From the human T2T-CHM13v2.0 reference genome, Homo sapiens, in assembly GCF_009914755.1 (NCBI RefSeq), contig NC_060926.1: DNA of 64,000 nt. The stretch is one strand, 5' to 3'. This document shows positions 15,269-29,828 of the stretch, piece by piece (position 1 is the stretch's first letter; the number at the start of each line of letters is the position of its first letter). A model generated the notes under the pieces. It was not told the DNA's origin and searched no databases. It worked only from the letters and a program-made list of their open reading frames with translations. The translations under genes were made by a program, and so were the position numbers.

Positions 15269-16417
15269 TCAAATCTCTGAATAGACCAATAACAAGTTCT
15301 GAAATGGAGGCAGTAATTAATACCCTATCAACCAGAAAAAGCCCAGGACCAGACAGAGTCACAGCTGAATTCTACCAGAGGTACAAAGAGGAGCTGGTAC
15401 CATTTCTTCTGAAACTATTCCAAAAATTAGAAAAAGAGGGATTCCTCCCTAACTCATTTTATGAGGCCAGCATCATCCTGATACCAAACTCTGGCAGAGA
15501 CACAACAAAAAAAGAAAATTTCAGGCGAATATCCTTGATGAACATTGATGCCAAAATCCTCAATAAAATACTGGCAAACCGAATCCAGCAGCACATCAGA
15601 AAGCTTATCCACCATGATCAAGTCGACTTCATCCTTAGCATGCAAGGCTGGTTCAACATACACAAATCAATAAATGTAATCCATCACATAAACAGAACCA
15701 ATGACAAAAACCACATGATTATCTCAAAAGATGTGGAAAAAGCTTTGATAAAATTCAACACCGCTTCATGCTAAAAACTCTCAGTAAACTAGGTGTTGAT
15801 GAAACATATCTCAAAATAATAAGAGCTATTTATGACAAACCCATAGCCAATATCATACTGAATGGGCAAAAGCTGGAAGCATTCCCTTTAAAAACCAGCA
15901 CAAGACAAGGATGCCCTCTTTCACACTCCTATTCAACATAGTACTGGAACTTCTGGCCAGGGCAATCAGGCAAGAGAAAGAAATAAAGCGTATTCAAATA
16001 GGAAGAGAGGAAGTCAAATTGTCTTTGTTTGCAGTTGACATGACTGTATATTTAGAAAACCTATCTGTATTTTTAGAATGCTGTATATTTAGACTGTATA
16101 TTTAGAAAACCATCTCATGCCAGTTAGAATGGCGATTATTGAAAAGTCAGGAAACAACAGATGCTGGCGAGGCTGTGGAGAAATAGGAACTCTTTTACAC
16201 CATTGGTGGGAATGTAAATTAGTTCAACCATTGTAGAAGACAGTGTGTCAATTCCTCAAGGATCTAGAACCAGAAATACCATTTGACCCAGCAATCCCAT
16301 TACTGGGTATATACCCAAACGATTATAAATCATTCTACTATAAAGACATGCACACGTATGTTTATTGGAGCACTATTTACAACAGCAAAGACTTGGAACC
16401 AACCCAAATGCCCATCA

Positions 16418-16777
<360 letters not shown>

Positions 16778-18760
16778 AAAATATGGCACATATATACTAT
16801 GGAATACTATGCAGCCATAAAAAGAATGAGTTCATATCCATCGTCTCAGCCCAAAAACTCCTTCTGATAAGCAACTTCAGCAAAGTCTCAGGATACAAAA
16901 TCAATAGGCAAAAATCACAAGCATTCCTATACACCAATAATAGACAAGTAGAGAGCCAAATCATGAGTGAACTCCCATTCACAATTGCTACAAAGAAAAT
17001 AAGATACTTAGGAATACAGCTTACAAGGGATGTGAAGGACCTCTTCAAGGAGAACTACAAACCACTGCTCAAGGAAATAAGAGAGGACACAAACAAATGG
17101 AAAAACATTCCATGCTCATGAATAGGAAGAATCAGTACCATGAGATTGGCCATATGGCCCAAAGTAACTTATAGATTCAATACTATTACCATCAAGCTAC
17201 CATTGACTTTCTTTGCAGAATTAGAAAAAACTACTTTAAATTTCATATGGAACCAAAAAAGAGCCTATATAGCCAAGAGAATCCTAAGCAAAAACAACAA
17301 AGCTGGAGGCATCCTGCTACCTGACTTCAAACTGTACTATAAGGCTACAGTAACCAAAACAGCATGGTACTGGTACCAAAACAGATATATAGACCAATGG
17401 AACGAAACAGAGACCTCAGAAATAACACCACACGTCTACAACCATCTGATCTTTGACAAACCTGACAAAAACAAGCAATGGGGAAAGGATTCCCTATTTA
17501 ATAAATGGTGCTGGGAAAACTGGCTAGCCATATGCAGAAAACTTAAACTGGTCCCCTTCCTTATAGCTTATACAAAAATTAACTTAAGATGGATTAAAGA
17601 TTTAAATGTAAAACCTAAAACCATAAAAACCCTAGAAGCAAACCAAGGCAATACCATTCAGGACATAGGCATGGGCAAAGACTTCATGACTAAAACACCA
17701 AAAGCAATCACAACAAAAGCCAAAATTGACAAATGAGATCTAATTAAAACTAAAGAGCTTCTGCACAGCAAAAGAAACTACCATGAGTGAATAAGCAAAC
17801 TACAGAATGGGAGAAATTTTTGCAATCTATCCATCTGACAAACGTCTAATATCCAGAATCTGTAAGGAACTTAAACAAATTTACAAGAAAAAAACAACCC
17901 CATAAAAAGTGGGCAAAGGATACGAACAGACACTTCTCAAAAGAAGACATTTCTGCAGCCAACAAACATGAAAAAAAGCTCATCATCACTGATCATTAGA
18001 GAAATGCAAATCAAAACCACAATGAGATACCGTCTCACGCTGGTTAGAATGGCAATTATTAAAAAGTCAGGAAACAACGGATGCTGGCGAGGCTGTGGAG
18101 AAATAGGAACTCTTTTACGCTGTTGGTGGGAGTGTAAATTAGTTCAACCATTGTGGAAGACAGTGTGTCGATTCCTCAAGGATCTAGAACCAGAAATACC
18201 ATTTGACCCAGCAATCCCATTACTGGGTATATACCCAAAGGATTATAAATCATTCTACTGTAAAGACATGCACACGTATGCTTATTGCAGCACTATTTAC
18301 AACAGCAAAAACTTAGAACCAACCCAAATGCCCATCAATGATAGACTAGATAAAGAAAATATGGCACGTATATACTATGGAACACTATGCAGCCATAAAA
18401 AAGTATGAGTTCATGTCCTTTGCAGGGACATGGATGAAGCTGGAAGCCATCATTCTCAGCAAACTAACACAGGAGCAGAAAACCAAACACCACATGTTCT
18501 CACTCATAAGTGGGAGTTGAACAATGAGAACACATGGACACAGGGAGGGTAACATCACACACTGTGACCTGTCAGGGGGTGGGGATCAAGGGGAGGGAGA
18601 GCATTAGGACAAATACCTAATACATATGGGGCTTAAAACCTAGATGATGGGTTAATAGGTGCAGCAAACCACCATGGCACACGTATACCTTTGTAACAAA
18701 CCTGCACGTTCTGCACATGTATCCCAGAACTTGAAGTAAATTTAAAAAAACAAAAAGAAA

Positions 18761-19495
18761 GAAAAATGTCTGTTCATGTCCTCTGCCTACTTTTTAATGG
18801 GATTGTTTTTTTCTTGTTGAGTTGTTTCAGTTCCATGTAGATTCTGGTTATTAGCCTTTTGTCAGATGTTTAGTTTGCAAATATTTTTCCCATTCTATAG
18901 TTATCTACTTACTCTGTTGATTGTTTCTTTTGCTGTGCAGAAGCTTTTTAGTTTATTTAAGTCCCATGTGTCTATTTTGTTGCCTTTGCTTCTGAGGACT
19001 TGTTCATAAATTCTTTGCCTCGGCAGATGTAAAAAAGAGTTTTTTCTTGGTTTTCTTCTGGGATTTTTATAGTTTCAGGTCTTACATTTAGGGCTTTAAT
19101 GCATATTATGTTAATTTTTGTATATGGTGAGAGGTATGGGCCCCGTTTCATTCTTCTGCATATAGCTAGCCAATTTTCCCAGCACCATTTATTGAATAGG
19201 GAGTCCTCTCCCCAGCATATATTTTTGTTAACTTTGTTGAAGATCAGTTGGTTGTAGATATGTGGCTTTATCTCTGGGTTCTCTATTCTGTTCCATTGTT
19301 CTATGTATCTATTTTTATACTAGTACCATGCTGTTTTGGTTACTATAGTTTTACCATGTAATTTGAAGTTAGGTAATGTGATACTTCAAAGCTTTGTTCT
19401 TTTTGCTTAGGATTGCTTTGACTATTCAGCTCTTTTTGGATTCCACACGATTTTTAGGATTGCTTTTTCAAATTCTGTGAAAAATGACATTCTTT
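18761..19495 (-). mobile_element. Older L1, right part (continuation of 12504-13445)
   Basis: Antisense ORF2 sequence resumes exactly after the TSD (ctgttcatgtcctctgcc...gctgtgcagaagctttttagttt). Confidence 0.92.
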
Positions 19496-21659
19496 TGTTC
19501 TGACAATTCTTAACCCCACTTCAGACCAGTTTTCTCATCTGTAAAATGGAGATAATAATAATCTTCCTCACAGGTTGTGTATTAAATGAGATCTGGAATG
19601 TAAAGTTCTTAGTATGGAAATGCTATTATTTTTACTGAAAATGTTGTAGGGTCTCAGTATCCTGTGTATTGCCGGATTTAAGGTCCTTATTTTATTTCTG
19701 TCATTTCTACCTCTTGGTATATGTGAATGCTATTGGATTTCAAAAGCAAATGTGAAAGGATTCTAATGAAATGGTTTGCTTCTTTAGTGTCATACATGTT
19801 AAAACATAGGAAGGCAAATGTCAAAGTTTGTGTTTCTTTTTATTCTATGGAAAGAAAATTAAATATGGCTCATCAAATAATAAGGCCAATAATATTTAAT
19901 TATTGTTTTGTGAATTCGTATAAATGAGCTGACCTCTCTGGGCTGCAGCTTCCTTCTCTGCAAGATAAGGGAATTAGGCCAGATGAGTGAACTGTTTCTT
20001 TTTCAGCTAAGTTTGACCCGATTACTACTATTTACATAGTATTAACTAGATGCTATGTAGTCATCTTTAATATGCTTGAAGACAGTTATTAACTCACTCC
20101 TTAGCCTTTTGTTGTTGATCATGGAAAACTACTGGGTATCTTTGTTTCTTCTGTGTATATTCTCAGTATGTATAATGAGTCTCAGAGCCTCTTGTTTTAA
20201 GATCTGGGTAGGCTGGTGGCTCTAGAATATGGATGACCTTTTAGGAAAGGTCACCTTGCCATCTGTAAATTTTCCCCCAGATAGACTTCAGGCCCTGGGG
20301 AAGGCATGGGTTCCCCTAACTGGATAGAGGATCAGAGCCAGGAAGACTGTGTCAAATTCTAGAAGTGAATCTTCTCCAGGACTCAGGGCATAGCTTTGTC
20401 ACTTACCTATAGTTCAGAAGTGTGAGTGAATCATTTCCAAGGACAAATTTCTCCAAAGGACCAAAAGATGTGTTAGTAAGAGGGGTTCACAAAGACTGTG
20501 TTTGTGGGAAAATTGAAGTGTGAACAAAGAAGGTCTACCAGGACAGGAAATACTTTTGATCTGTCATTTATCAGATCAGGAGGGAGGGACATGAAGCCTG
20601 CCTCCTCTTACAGCTAGGTCATCAAAGAGTTTGACTGTAGCATTTTAAAATAGCGAAGAAAAAAAGGTAACAACACTAGGGGTTTGTTAAACAATTTATG
20701 ATATAATTAGAGAATGGAATATTATGCATCAATTACAAATAATGTTTATAAAGATACTTAAATGACATGGGAAAATGTTCAAGATATAACAAATAATAGT
20801 ACATATCTGATGAAAACTATAAGTAAAACATGATATTAAACATGTAAAAATCTTAACAGACCAACAGGTGGAAGGCAGTGGACCAGAATATTAGCAGTGT
20901 TTATATTAGGGTGGTAAGAATGTGGATGAATCTTGTTTTAATGCTTATAATTTTTCTAAACATTCTCAATGAAATATGCCTTACTTTTATAGTCAGAATA
21001 AAAAGCAATACAAGTTATCTTTTAAAACAACCCACATACACAAAACCCCCAACTAGAGTAATTGCACAAAGCTTAGATTATCAAAAAGAAGAAAAAAATT
21101 ACTGGAAAAGTTTTGAAGAAGTCATTGAGTACAAGATACTGACGTAGGTGCCGGAAGAAGAGAGCAGTTGGCCGTGCTGGTGGAATAACCCTCTCTGCAA
21201 AGGGCCTGGGAGTTGAAGAAGGGTGCAGTCGGGTGGTGGTTATGAATCTCAGAAATCCTGCCACGGAGCCTCCTTTTGTGCCCTATTACTTAACCTTGAG
21301 GGACATAGAGAGCATGAGACACCAAGGGGCTTTTGGTTGCCTTACTGTCCCACTAAGAACATAGAATGTTGTTTTGACTTTCCCTTTGCTTAGGGAACCT
21401 CCCCCAGATACTCAGCTGGCTGGCTGCTTGCACGTAGAATGGGTTTTGCAAAGTTCCTAGAAGTGAGTTGGAGGAGGCTTGACATAAATCAAGCACTGTG
21501 TGCTAAATGCTCCAGAGGGCTACCTTATGTCCTACACAAATGTTACATTTCTAATATTTGTAACTCCTTTAAACGTTTATGCAGATGTTTCCCAATTCCT
21601 CAGTAGAATTCTTACCATTATCTTTTTGACACAACCTGTCCCCATCCTATGAAAATCTC

Positions 21660-22219
<560 letters not shown>

Positions 22220-22379
22220 TGTTCCTTCTTAAGAACACTTTGTCTCCCCTTTAATCTCTGCTGGATTTCAAGCACCCCTTTTACACAACTCTTGATATCC
22301 ATCAATAAAGAATAATTCCCATAAGCCCATCATGTAGTGACCGACTATTTTTCAGTGACAAAAAAAAAGTCTTTAAAAA

Positions 22380-22615
22380 TAGAAGTAAAAGTCTAAAGTC
22401 ATCAAAACAACGTTATATCCTGTGTGAAATGCTGCAGTCAGGATGCCTTGTGGTTTGAGTGCCTTGATCATGTGCCCTAAGGGGATGGTGGCGGTGGTGG
22501 TGGCCGTGGATGACGGAGACTCTCAGGCCTTGGCAGGTGCGTCTTTCAGTTCCCCTCACACTTCGGGTTCCTCGGGGAGGAGGGGCTGGAACCCTAGCCC
22601 ATCGTCAGGACAAAG
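22380..22615 (+). promoter_or_regulatory. CD28: CD28 core promoter/initiator region and 5'UTR
   Basis: Directly upstream of the ATG; TATA-like TTATAT at ~22413, RUNX-type TGTGGTT at 22449, G-rich GGGGAGGAGGGG (Sp1/EGR-type) at 22574-22585; TSS position inferred, not seen. Confidence 0.75.
22443..22536 (+). CDS. CD28: Alternative CD28 first coding exon (MPCGLSALIMCPKGMVAVVVAVDDGDSQALA-G), in frame with exon 2
   Basis: ATG 22443; 94 nt (31 codons + 1) to the strong donor CAG|gtgcgt at 22537; same phase 1 as canonical exon 1, predicting a 234-aa product. Confidence 0.65.
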
Positions 22616-22667
22616 ATGCTCAGGCTGCTCTTGGCTCTCAACTTATTCCCTTCAATTCAAGTAACAG
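22616..22667 (+). CDS. CD28: CD28 exon 1 coding part (signal peptide MLRLLLALNLFPSIQVT-G)
   Basis: ATG at 22616 (aagATGc); 17 codons + 1 nt, then donor AG|gtaaac at 22668; translation matches the human CD28 leader. Confidence 0.99.
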
Positions 22668-22920
22668 GTAAACAATGTTAATGTCTTTCTTTCTGTAAAT
22701 ATTTTTTGAGGTCTTCCAATTGGCTTAGTTTATTTTAAATTTCTAACAATGTGTGAAATTTGAACATTTGAAGTGTAGTTTTGCTGTAATAGGGCAATGT
22801 GTTATTTTGAAAATCATTGATTCTCAGACTACAATATAGTATCTTAACAAAAGTCCCTTGGAAATAAATTTTCTAAGCTATTAGTTTCTCTAGCTATTAG
22901 TTGATAGTGTCCCAAGAATT

Positions 22921-23111
<191 letters not shown>

Positions 23112-24659
23112 TAATTTAAGAAAGCTGCTGTAAGTAGATTGGCTCTGGAAGCTCTGAATTTAGGTTGCCTATGTTCCTAACACAGGTCCAATTCTCACTA
23201 GGTAAGCTTAGGCTTAGCTATTATTTAAACTCTCCAAACCTCAGTTTCCTTAACTGTAAAGTGGGAATAATAATAAACCTCACCTCAAGGTCATTGTGAG
23301 GTAAAATGAAATAATCCATGCGAAGGGCTTAGCTCAGTCAGGCTTCAAGATAAATGTGAACTGTAATTACTCTATCTACCTGAATTGAATGAGTTCCAAC
23401 ATGAATTCTGGAGTCACCACAGAAGCTGCTACAACACCAATATTAATAAATTAGTTTTCTTTTACAATCGGCCAAAATGTATTTTCTTAGATTAAAATTC
23501 TTTAAGTTCCCAATGACGATGATGAGGAGGATAATACATCTAGCACTTTGAGCAGCACACAGTTCTCGTAACTAGAAGGTAGGTATTACAGTTAACTTCA
23601 TTTCAGATGAAGAGACTGAGGGGTAGGCACATTAAGGGATTTGCCCAAGGATGTACAGGTGGCAGCTATAGGAGGCAGGGTCTGAACCACCTTAGTCTGA
23701 CTCCAGTGCCGGTGTTGTTGATTATTATGCTATTCCATCTAACATGGTGTGATTTGTAATTTCATGGACTCAGGTAAATCCAGGGTTAAATTAACTTCGG
23801 AAAATCACAAGCACAATTCCTAACAGAAAGAATTTGTTACTTGGGTGGGCTGGAGTAAGATGCTCATTCAACGTGTTCTCAGAGTTAGAAAAAGGCCCCC
23901 GCTTGGTTCAAAAACTGGACTGATAGGGGTCAACAGTCATGCTTAAATAAGGACAGTTATTTTTCCCTGAAAGATACATTGAAAAGCCAGTATCCTCAAT
24001 TTTCTTTCTTATTTTGGCAGTACAGAGACTGCATTATTTGTTGTTATTCTTAAACATTAAGTGTACATAGCCCAAAGAGTATAATTTCCCAATCTGCAGA
24101 GGTACAGTAGTTGCATATATACCCGTTTATTTTATGGTCTGACGTACCAGTGAGCACAAATTGTGTATATTTATAAAACGTGTTGATATAATGAAAGACA
24201 TGAGTTGGCAATGAGATCTGGTACCAAGCGTTTACAGCTACCAAATATATTCTACAAGAATCTTTAACATTTATTTTAAAAAGGTCAAACCTTATTTTTA
24301 AGAGATCTCTCAAACTTAAAGAATATTTAAAATTACTTAATTTGTTAGACAGTCAAGGGAAGCCTACCCTGACTGAAAACTATTTAAAATTGGTAATTGT
24401 ACACTAAATACTTTTCTGATGTGCTTTGTGGACACCTATCTGTCATCAACTTATTCACTCTCTTTTGAAGAGTTTTTGGTAAGACTCAAAACTTTGTATG
24501 TTTTCTTTAGAACATTTATTAAAAGGGGACTAGCTAGATAAGTGGTTGGAGAGTTCACACACATAGGGCCTTTGTTTTCTACTTTGACATATATTTACTT
24601 TTCAAATGCCAATTCACTTTTCTAGTAACTTTTAGCATTTGATACTGAGTGGCTATCTA

Positions 24660-25043
<384 letters not shown>

Positions 25044-25220
25044 TTATGCTGCATTCTAATCAAATAGTGCAAAGCTTCTTGTGTGCTTTGCCTTTCTCTG
25101 TACACACCTTCCATTAAGAAATTATAGATAGGGAAATTCTCTGGTCAAAGTGTAACTGTCCTTCCTAGGTCTGAGAAACCACTGTTATGCCTGTGTTGAG
25201 ATGTGTATCTGTGTGCGTGC

Positions 25221-25332
25221 ATGTGTGTGTATGTATGTATATGAAGAATAGTTCTTTTTTCCATTAATTTAATAATGTGTGTGTATGTATGTATATGAAG
25301 AATAGTTCTTTTTTCCATTAATTTAATAATGT
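25221..25332. repeat. Perfect 54-bp tandem duplication
   Basis: atgtgtgtgtatgtatgtatatgaagaatagttcttttttccattaatttaata at 25221 and 25275. Confidence 0.95.
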
Positions 25333-27782
25333 AACTTATTTGTTTACAGCATAGCTTAAAATATTTATTCTATAAAGGTTAAGTCTAACCTGATTCCTTA
25401 TGAGTTGGATGACAGTGTAGAGAGATATTTATGGCTAAGTTAAAGAAGTGTGATTTAGGAAGAGTGAGGAAACCTTAACTTAGATAAGCCCTTTGCATGT
25501 TTTCTACTAGACTCGGATAATTGTGCAACTGAGATCCACAGAGAGTATTTTGCTGGACTTTGGGATAGGAGTCCAGCCCAGAACTACAGAGCCTTAAGAG
25601 GGAAATGCTCTGGGATTGATGATAGAAGGATGGTATGCACAAAATACTTGACATTGGTCACATGTTTCAGGCCATATTTGCTATTTTTTAGCAAGCCTAA
25701 TCATCCAGTGTGAAGAGAAAAATCAGCATATTACCACTTATTTTTCCATGAGATCATTCCTTTTCACTTCTCCAAAACTTGGGCAAAAAACTGTCAAAAT
25801 GGCCAGTTTGGACAAAGCTAATTTCTCCAGCGCCTTCCCTTAGCGCTTATTTTTCTGAGAGAGGCATGGAAAGCAGGAAAATAACTGACATTTAATAAAA
25901 AGTCATCAGCAAAGCAATTAAAAATTTTATTTGTACTCTAGTCTTCAGCCAATGACTCCCCTGAGCTGGTTGTATACGGAAAGAAGTAATTTGTTTCTCA
26001 CAGTTAAGTGTTGCTCTGAGACTGGGCTTGGGAAAGTAAGGTGAAAAGATGAATGTCAAAAAATCAACAGATTGCCGTATTTACATGACTTCCAATATGC
26101 TGTGGCCAGTTTTTCTGTTAAAAGAAATTGACTGGATGTTTTTGTCATTTCAAGTAAATTTGATGGATATTTCAAAAGTATAGGCATTGCTTAAGGATTT
26201 GTTTTACTCTACTACCGTGCCCTAGTTAACACATTGTGTTTTTTAAGGCAACCATCCAGCAAGGACGTTTACAGCAAGGACTGCAAAATTAATATCAATA
26301 TATCAATACCAGGAAATGGAATGAGTCATTGCCACAGATAGATTAGAAATAGAAATGAATCTGTGATTGTAACTCCAAAGCTCTCACATTCAAACTTTTA
26401 CTATGGGTGGGGAGAGGATCTCGCTGCCTCCCCTTCTTTAAGACATAGACCCTCCTCCTTTTTAACGTCTTATGCCTTTTTTCAAGGGTGGAGAAATGCC
26501 ATATGATTACCATTTGGCTTTTATCTTGTGTGGATATCTTCCTCCAAGTATTTCCTGCAAGCAGTGTGCTGACATTTACAAAAGGAAAATTTTTATGCCA
26601 CCAACATCCCAGAAGAAAATTTGTTGTGGTTTATCATCTCTAACACAAAAGCCCTTTATTAACTAGTGTAGGCATTGATGAGGATACGCAATTCATGTCA
26701 GACTTGGTTGTCTAAAAATCAGAGGACGGACACTCCTTCAAAGCACAATTGTTTCCCAGCAGGTCATGGCAAGGGATAGAATCTTCTTCTCTTTCTCATG
26801 TTGGTTAAATTTTTGTTTGCCTTTTTCTTCAAGAAATTTATTATTTATGGAACTTCACAGAGGCTGGAACTTTTCTTCTCAGTACATAGTTGAGCTGAGC
26901 ATCTGGAAAAATTACATCTGGGTGGTTTTGTGACTGACTGAATGGCTCTCTGGTTAAGCTGTGTTAAGATATCTGTGTCTCTTTTACGGTGATTTATTTG
27001 GCCGTTTTTGGCCAATGACAGGGTGTTAGCACCAAAAACCCAAAACCAAAAAAACCAAGACAATTCACTCAGAGCTTTGAGCCTGATAATTATAGCATGA
27101 GAATTGGTGCCTGAAGCTGGGGGGAAGGTAACCCAGGCCCCACAGAGAGGTGGTTGCATGCAAGTGTCTAACTTTTTCCTTGTTAATCTCATTTTGAGGA
27201 CTCCAAACACTAGAAGAGAAGTGCACTGGATAGGATCAAGAACTACTCAGTCATTTGGTAGAGGCTTGGAAAAAAGAGTTTAGACTTCTCACTATTTCAA
27301 TGTTAATTTCAAAGGCATGTTTATTTAGTCTCGTGTCACCATGCAGGTTATATGTGCTTCTGTTTTCATTGCTGGAAGAGAACCTGCAAGGTGGTGGAGA
27401 AGTTCTTACTTAACTTTGAGCTGCTCCCTTATCTCTGCATTACCATTACTGTCATCTTTTTCTTTGTCATCATCTTCATTATCTTGGGTATTGTGGCTGA
27501 CAATATAACCAGGTTAATGGTTCCTGATGGTATCATTCAGAATTACTCACTCATAGTTCACTTTGGCCTCTGATCTAATTGTGAGCCCCTTTCTGCAATA
27601 TCTGAATCACCTCATTGGCTCACAATCCACCATGTAATCTACTTGTCTTTCATGTTAGACTTTTCGTGAAAGATCCACCTCCTCGAAGAAGCTTCTGGAT
27701 ACTTCAGCCTTTATTGTGGTCTTGGAAGAGGAGTTCTGATGGAAGTGTATCTCAACTTAACAAATATTTATTAAACCTCTCA

Positions 27783-28139
<357 letters not shown>

Positions 28140-28344
28140 TCAGTACACAAGTATTGTGTAGTACAAGTAATTAGGTAGTTAACTGAGTTCTCTCTGCTTT
28201 TACAGCCCCTATGATTTAGTTGAGTAGGTTATATATAATAGGAGGATGTAACATCTGGAAACAGATAAATAACACTTGGCAGTCACTACCTCACCATGCT
28301 ATTTGATGACTAAAGGACTTTGGTTTGCCTACATTATTTTTATA

Positions 28345-28605
28345 ATCTGAAATGTCCTCTACACCTCTCACCTGAAGAAGCCTTCTCTGAGACCCCAAAT
28401 GGCAAAGAGAGGGACTTCCTTCCCTCTCAAGTTTCTCCAAATTATTACTGTGTATTGACACATTTATTTTCTTTTCCACTAGACTATGAACTCCTTGAGG
28501 GCAGAATCATGTCTTATTCATCCTTCTAACCTCTGTATTAGGCACAATGCTGTAAGCATATAGTTACTCAATAAATATTTGTTGAAGAAAGAAATGAATG
28601 AATTA
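28345..28605 (+). mobile_element. L2 3' end
   Basis: tagactatgaactccttgagggcag...ctcaataaatatttgttgaa...gaatgaa. Confidence 0.85.
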
Positions 28606-28734
28606 GTAACAAAATGAGGAAGCATAAAATAAATACTCGTAAGATTAATGTAGAAAGGTAAGCCTTTATGGAGAGTTGGGAATTAGACTGGACAGTAGAC
28701 AAGATTTGAATGAACGTTGTTATTAATAATAATT

Positions 28735-28980
28735 GCTAGCTAACATTTATTTTGCACTTATAATGTGCCAGGTAGTGTTCTGCCTGGCTTTCCCTGTATT
28801 AAGTCATCTAATCTCCAAGTCCTATGAGGTAGTTACTATGATTGCTATGATTATACTATTTCATAGATGGGGAAACTGAAGCACAGAGTGGGTAGAGCAT
28901 CTTGCTTATGGTCACAAAGCTACTAAGTATGTAAATCCAGATGGTCTTGCTCTGGGGTTCATGTTCTTACCAATGCTGTG
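28735..28980 (-). mobile_element. MIR
   Basis: acatttattttgcacttataatgtgccagg...atttcatagatggggaaactgaagcacagag. Confidence 0.85.
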
Positions 28981-29753
28981 TTGTCTCAGGAAGGAAAAGG
29001 TGGATTAATAAAGAAATTAAACCAGGAATACTGTTTCATGTTCTCAGAACAGATGGCAACTCTGAATGTGTGAGGTTATGGTGAAGCAGCGGAGAATCCA
29101 GCTAAGCAAAGGATAGAATACTGGTAACAGAAATTCAAACTTTATTTTCAAGTCATTTTGAAGTAATGGCCTGGGTAAGAAGAAAATATTTCAGAATCCT
29201 TATCTTTGGAATGAAGCTGGAGTTATGGGAATGGATGGCTAGTCGAAAGGAGAGGGCATAACTGTAGAAAAACAGAGAGTGGAGCTGAATCTGGAAACTA
29301 ACTGGCTCTGATGGGAGTCAGCTGAAAAGGATGGTTAGCTAGTGAAGGAGACAAAGAAAGTGGTGAGAGAGGCAGGGGGACACAGTGAGGCTAGTGGAAT
29401 GCCACTAAGCCAATGAGGGAAAGAGTTTCAAAAAGATAGTGGTTAATAGCATTAAACATAAGAGGGAAAGGAGTGAATAATGGCTTGGGATTTGGCTGAA
29501 ACGCCACCTGGGACTTTTGAGTTTAGGCAGAGACATGGAGAAGGAAGATAAGACTTCACAGGATTAAGAAAAAGTGGAGGGGGACAAAACAGAGACAGTG
29601 AAAAGGAGAGGAAATAGATAAGGTAAAGACAATTAGGAACTTATATCACCTAAAATGTCTACCATGGTATTTTGTGCATGTAATAATAAATGTTTGCAAA
29701 TGGCTGAGTGACTTAAGTATGTTTGACATGTGGAAGGAGCCAAGTGCTGGACC

Positions 29754-29772
29754 TGAGAGAGAGAGAGAGAGG

Positions 29773-29806
<34 letters not shown>

Positions 29807-29828
29807 GAGAGTGTGTGTGTGTGTGTGT
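29754..29828. repeat. Compound (GA)n(GT)n microsatellite
   Basis: Directly visible. Confidence 0.97.

Noticed and set aside
16042-16111. Short repeats with spacers superficially like a CRISPR array
   Set aside because: Eukaryotic L1 context, irregular partial copies; explained as junction stutter
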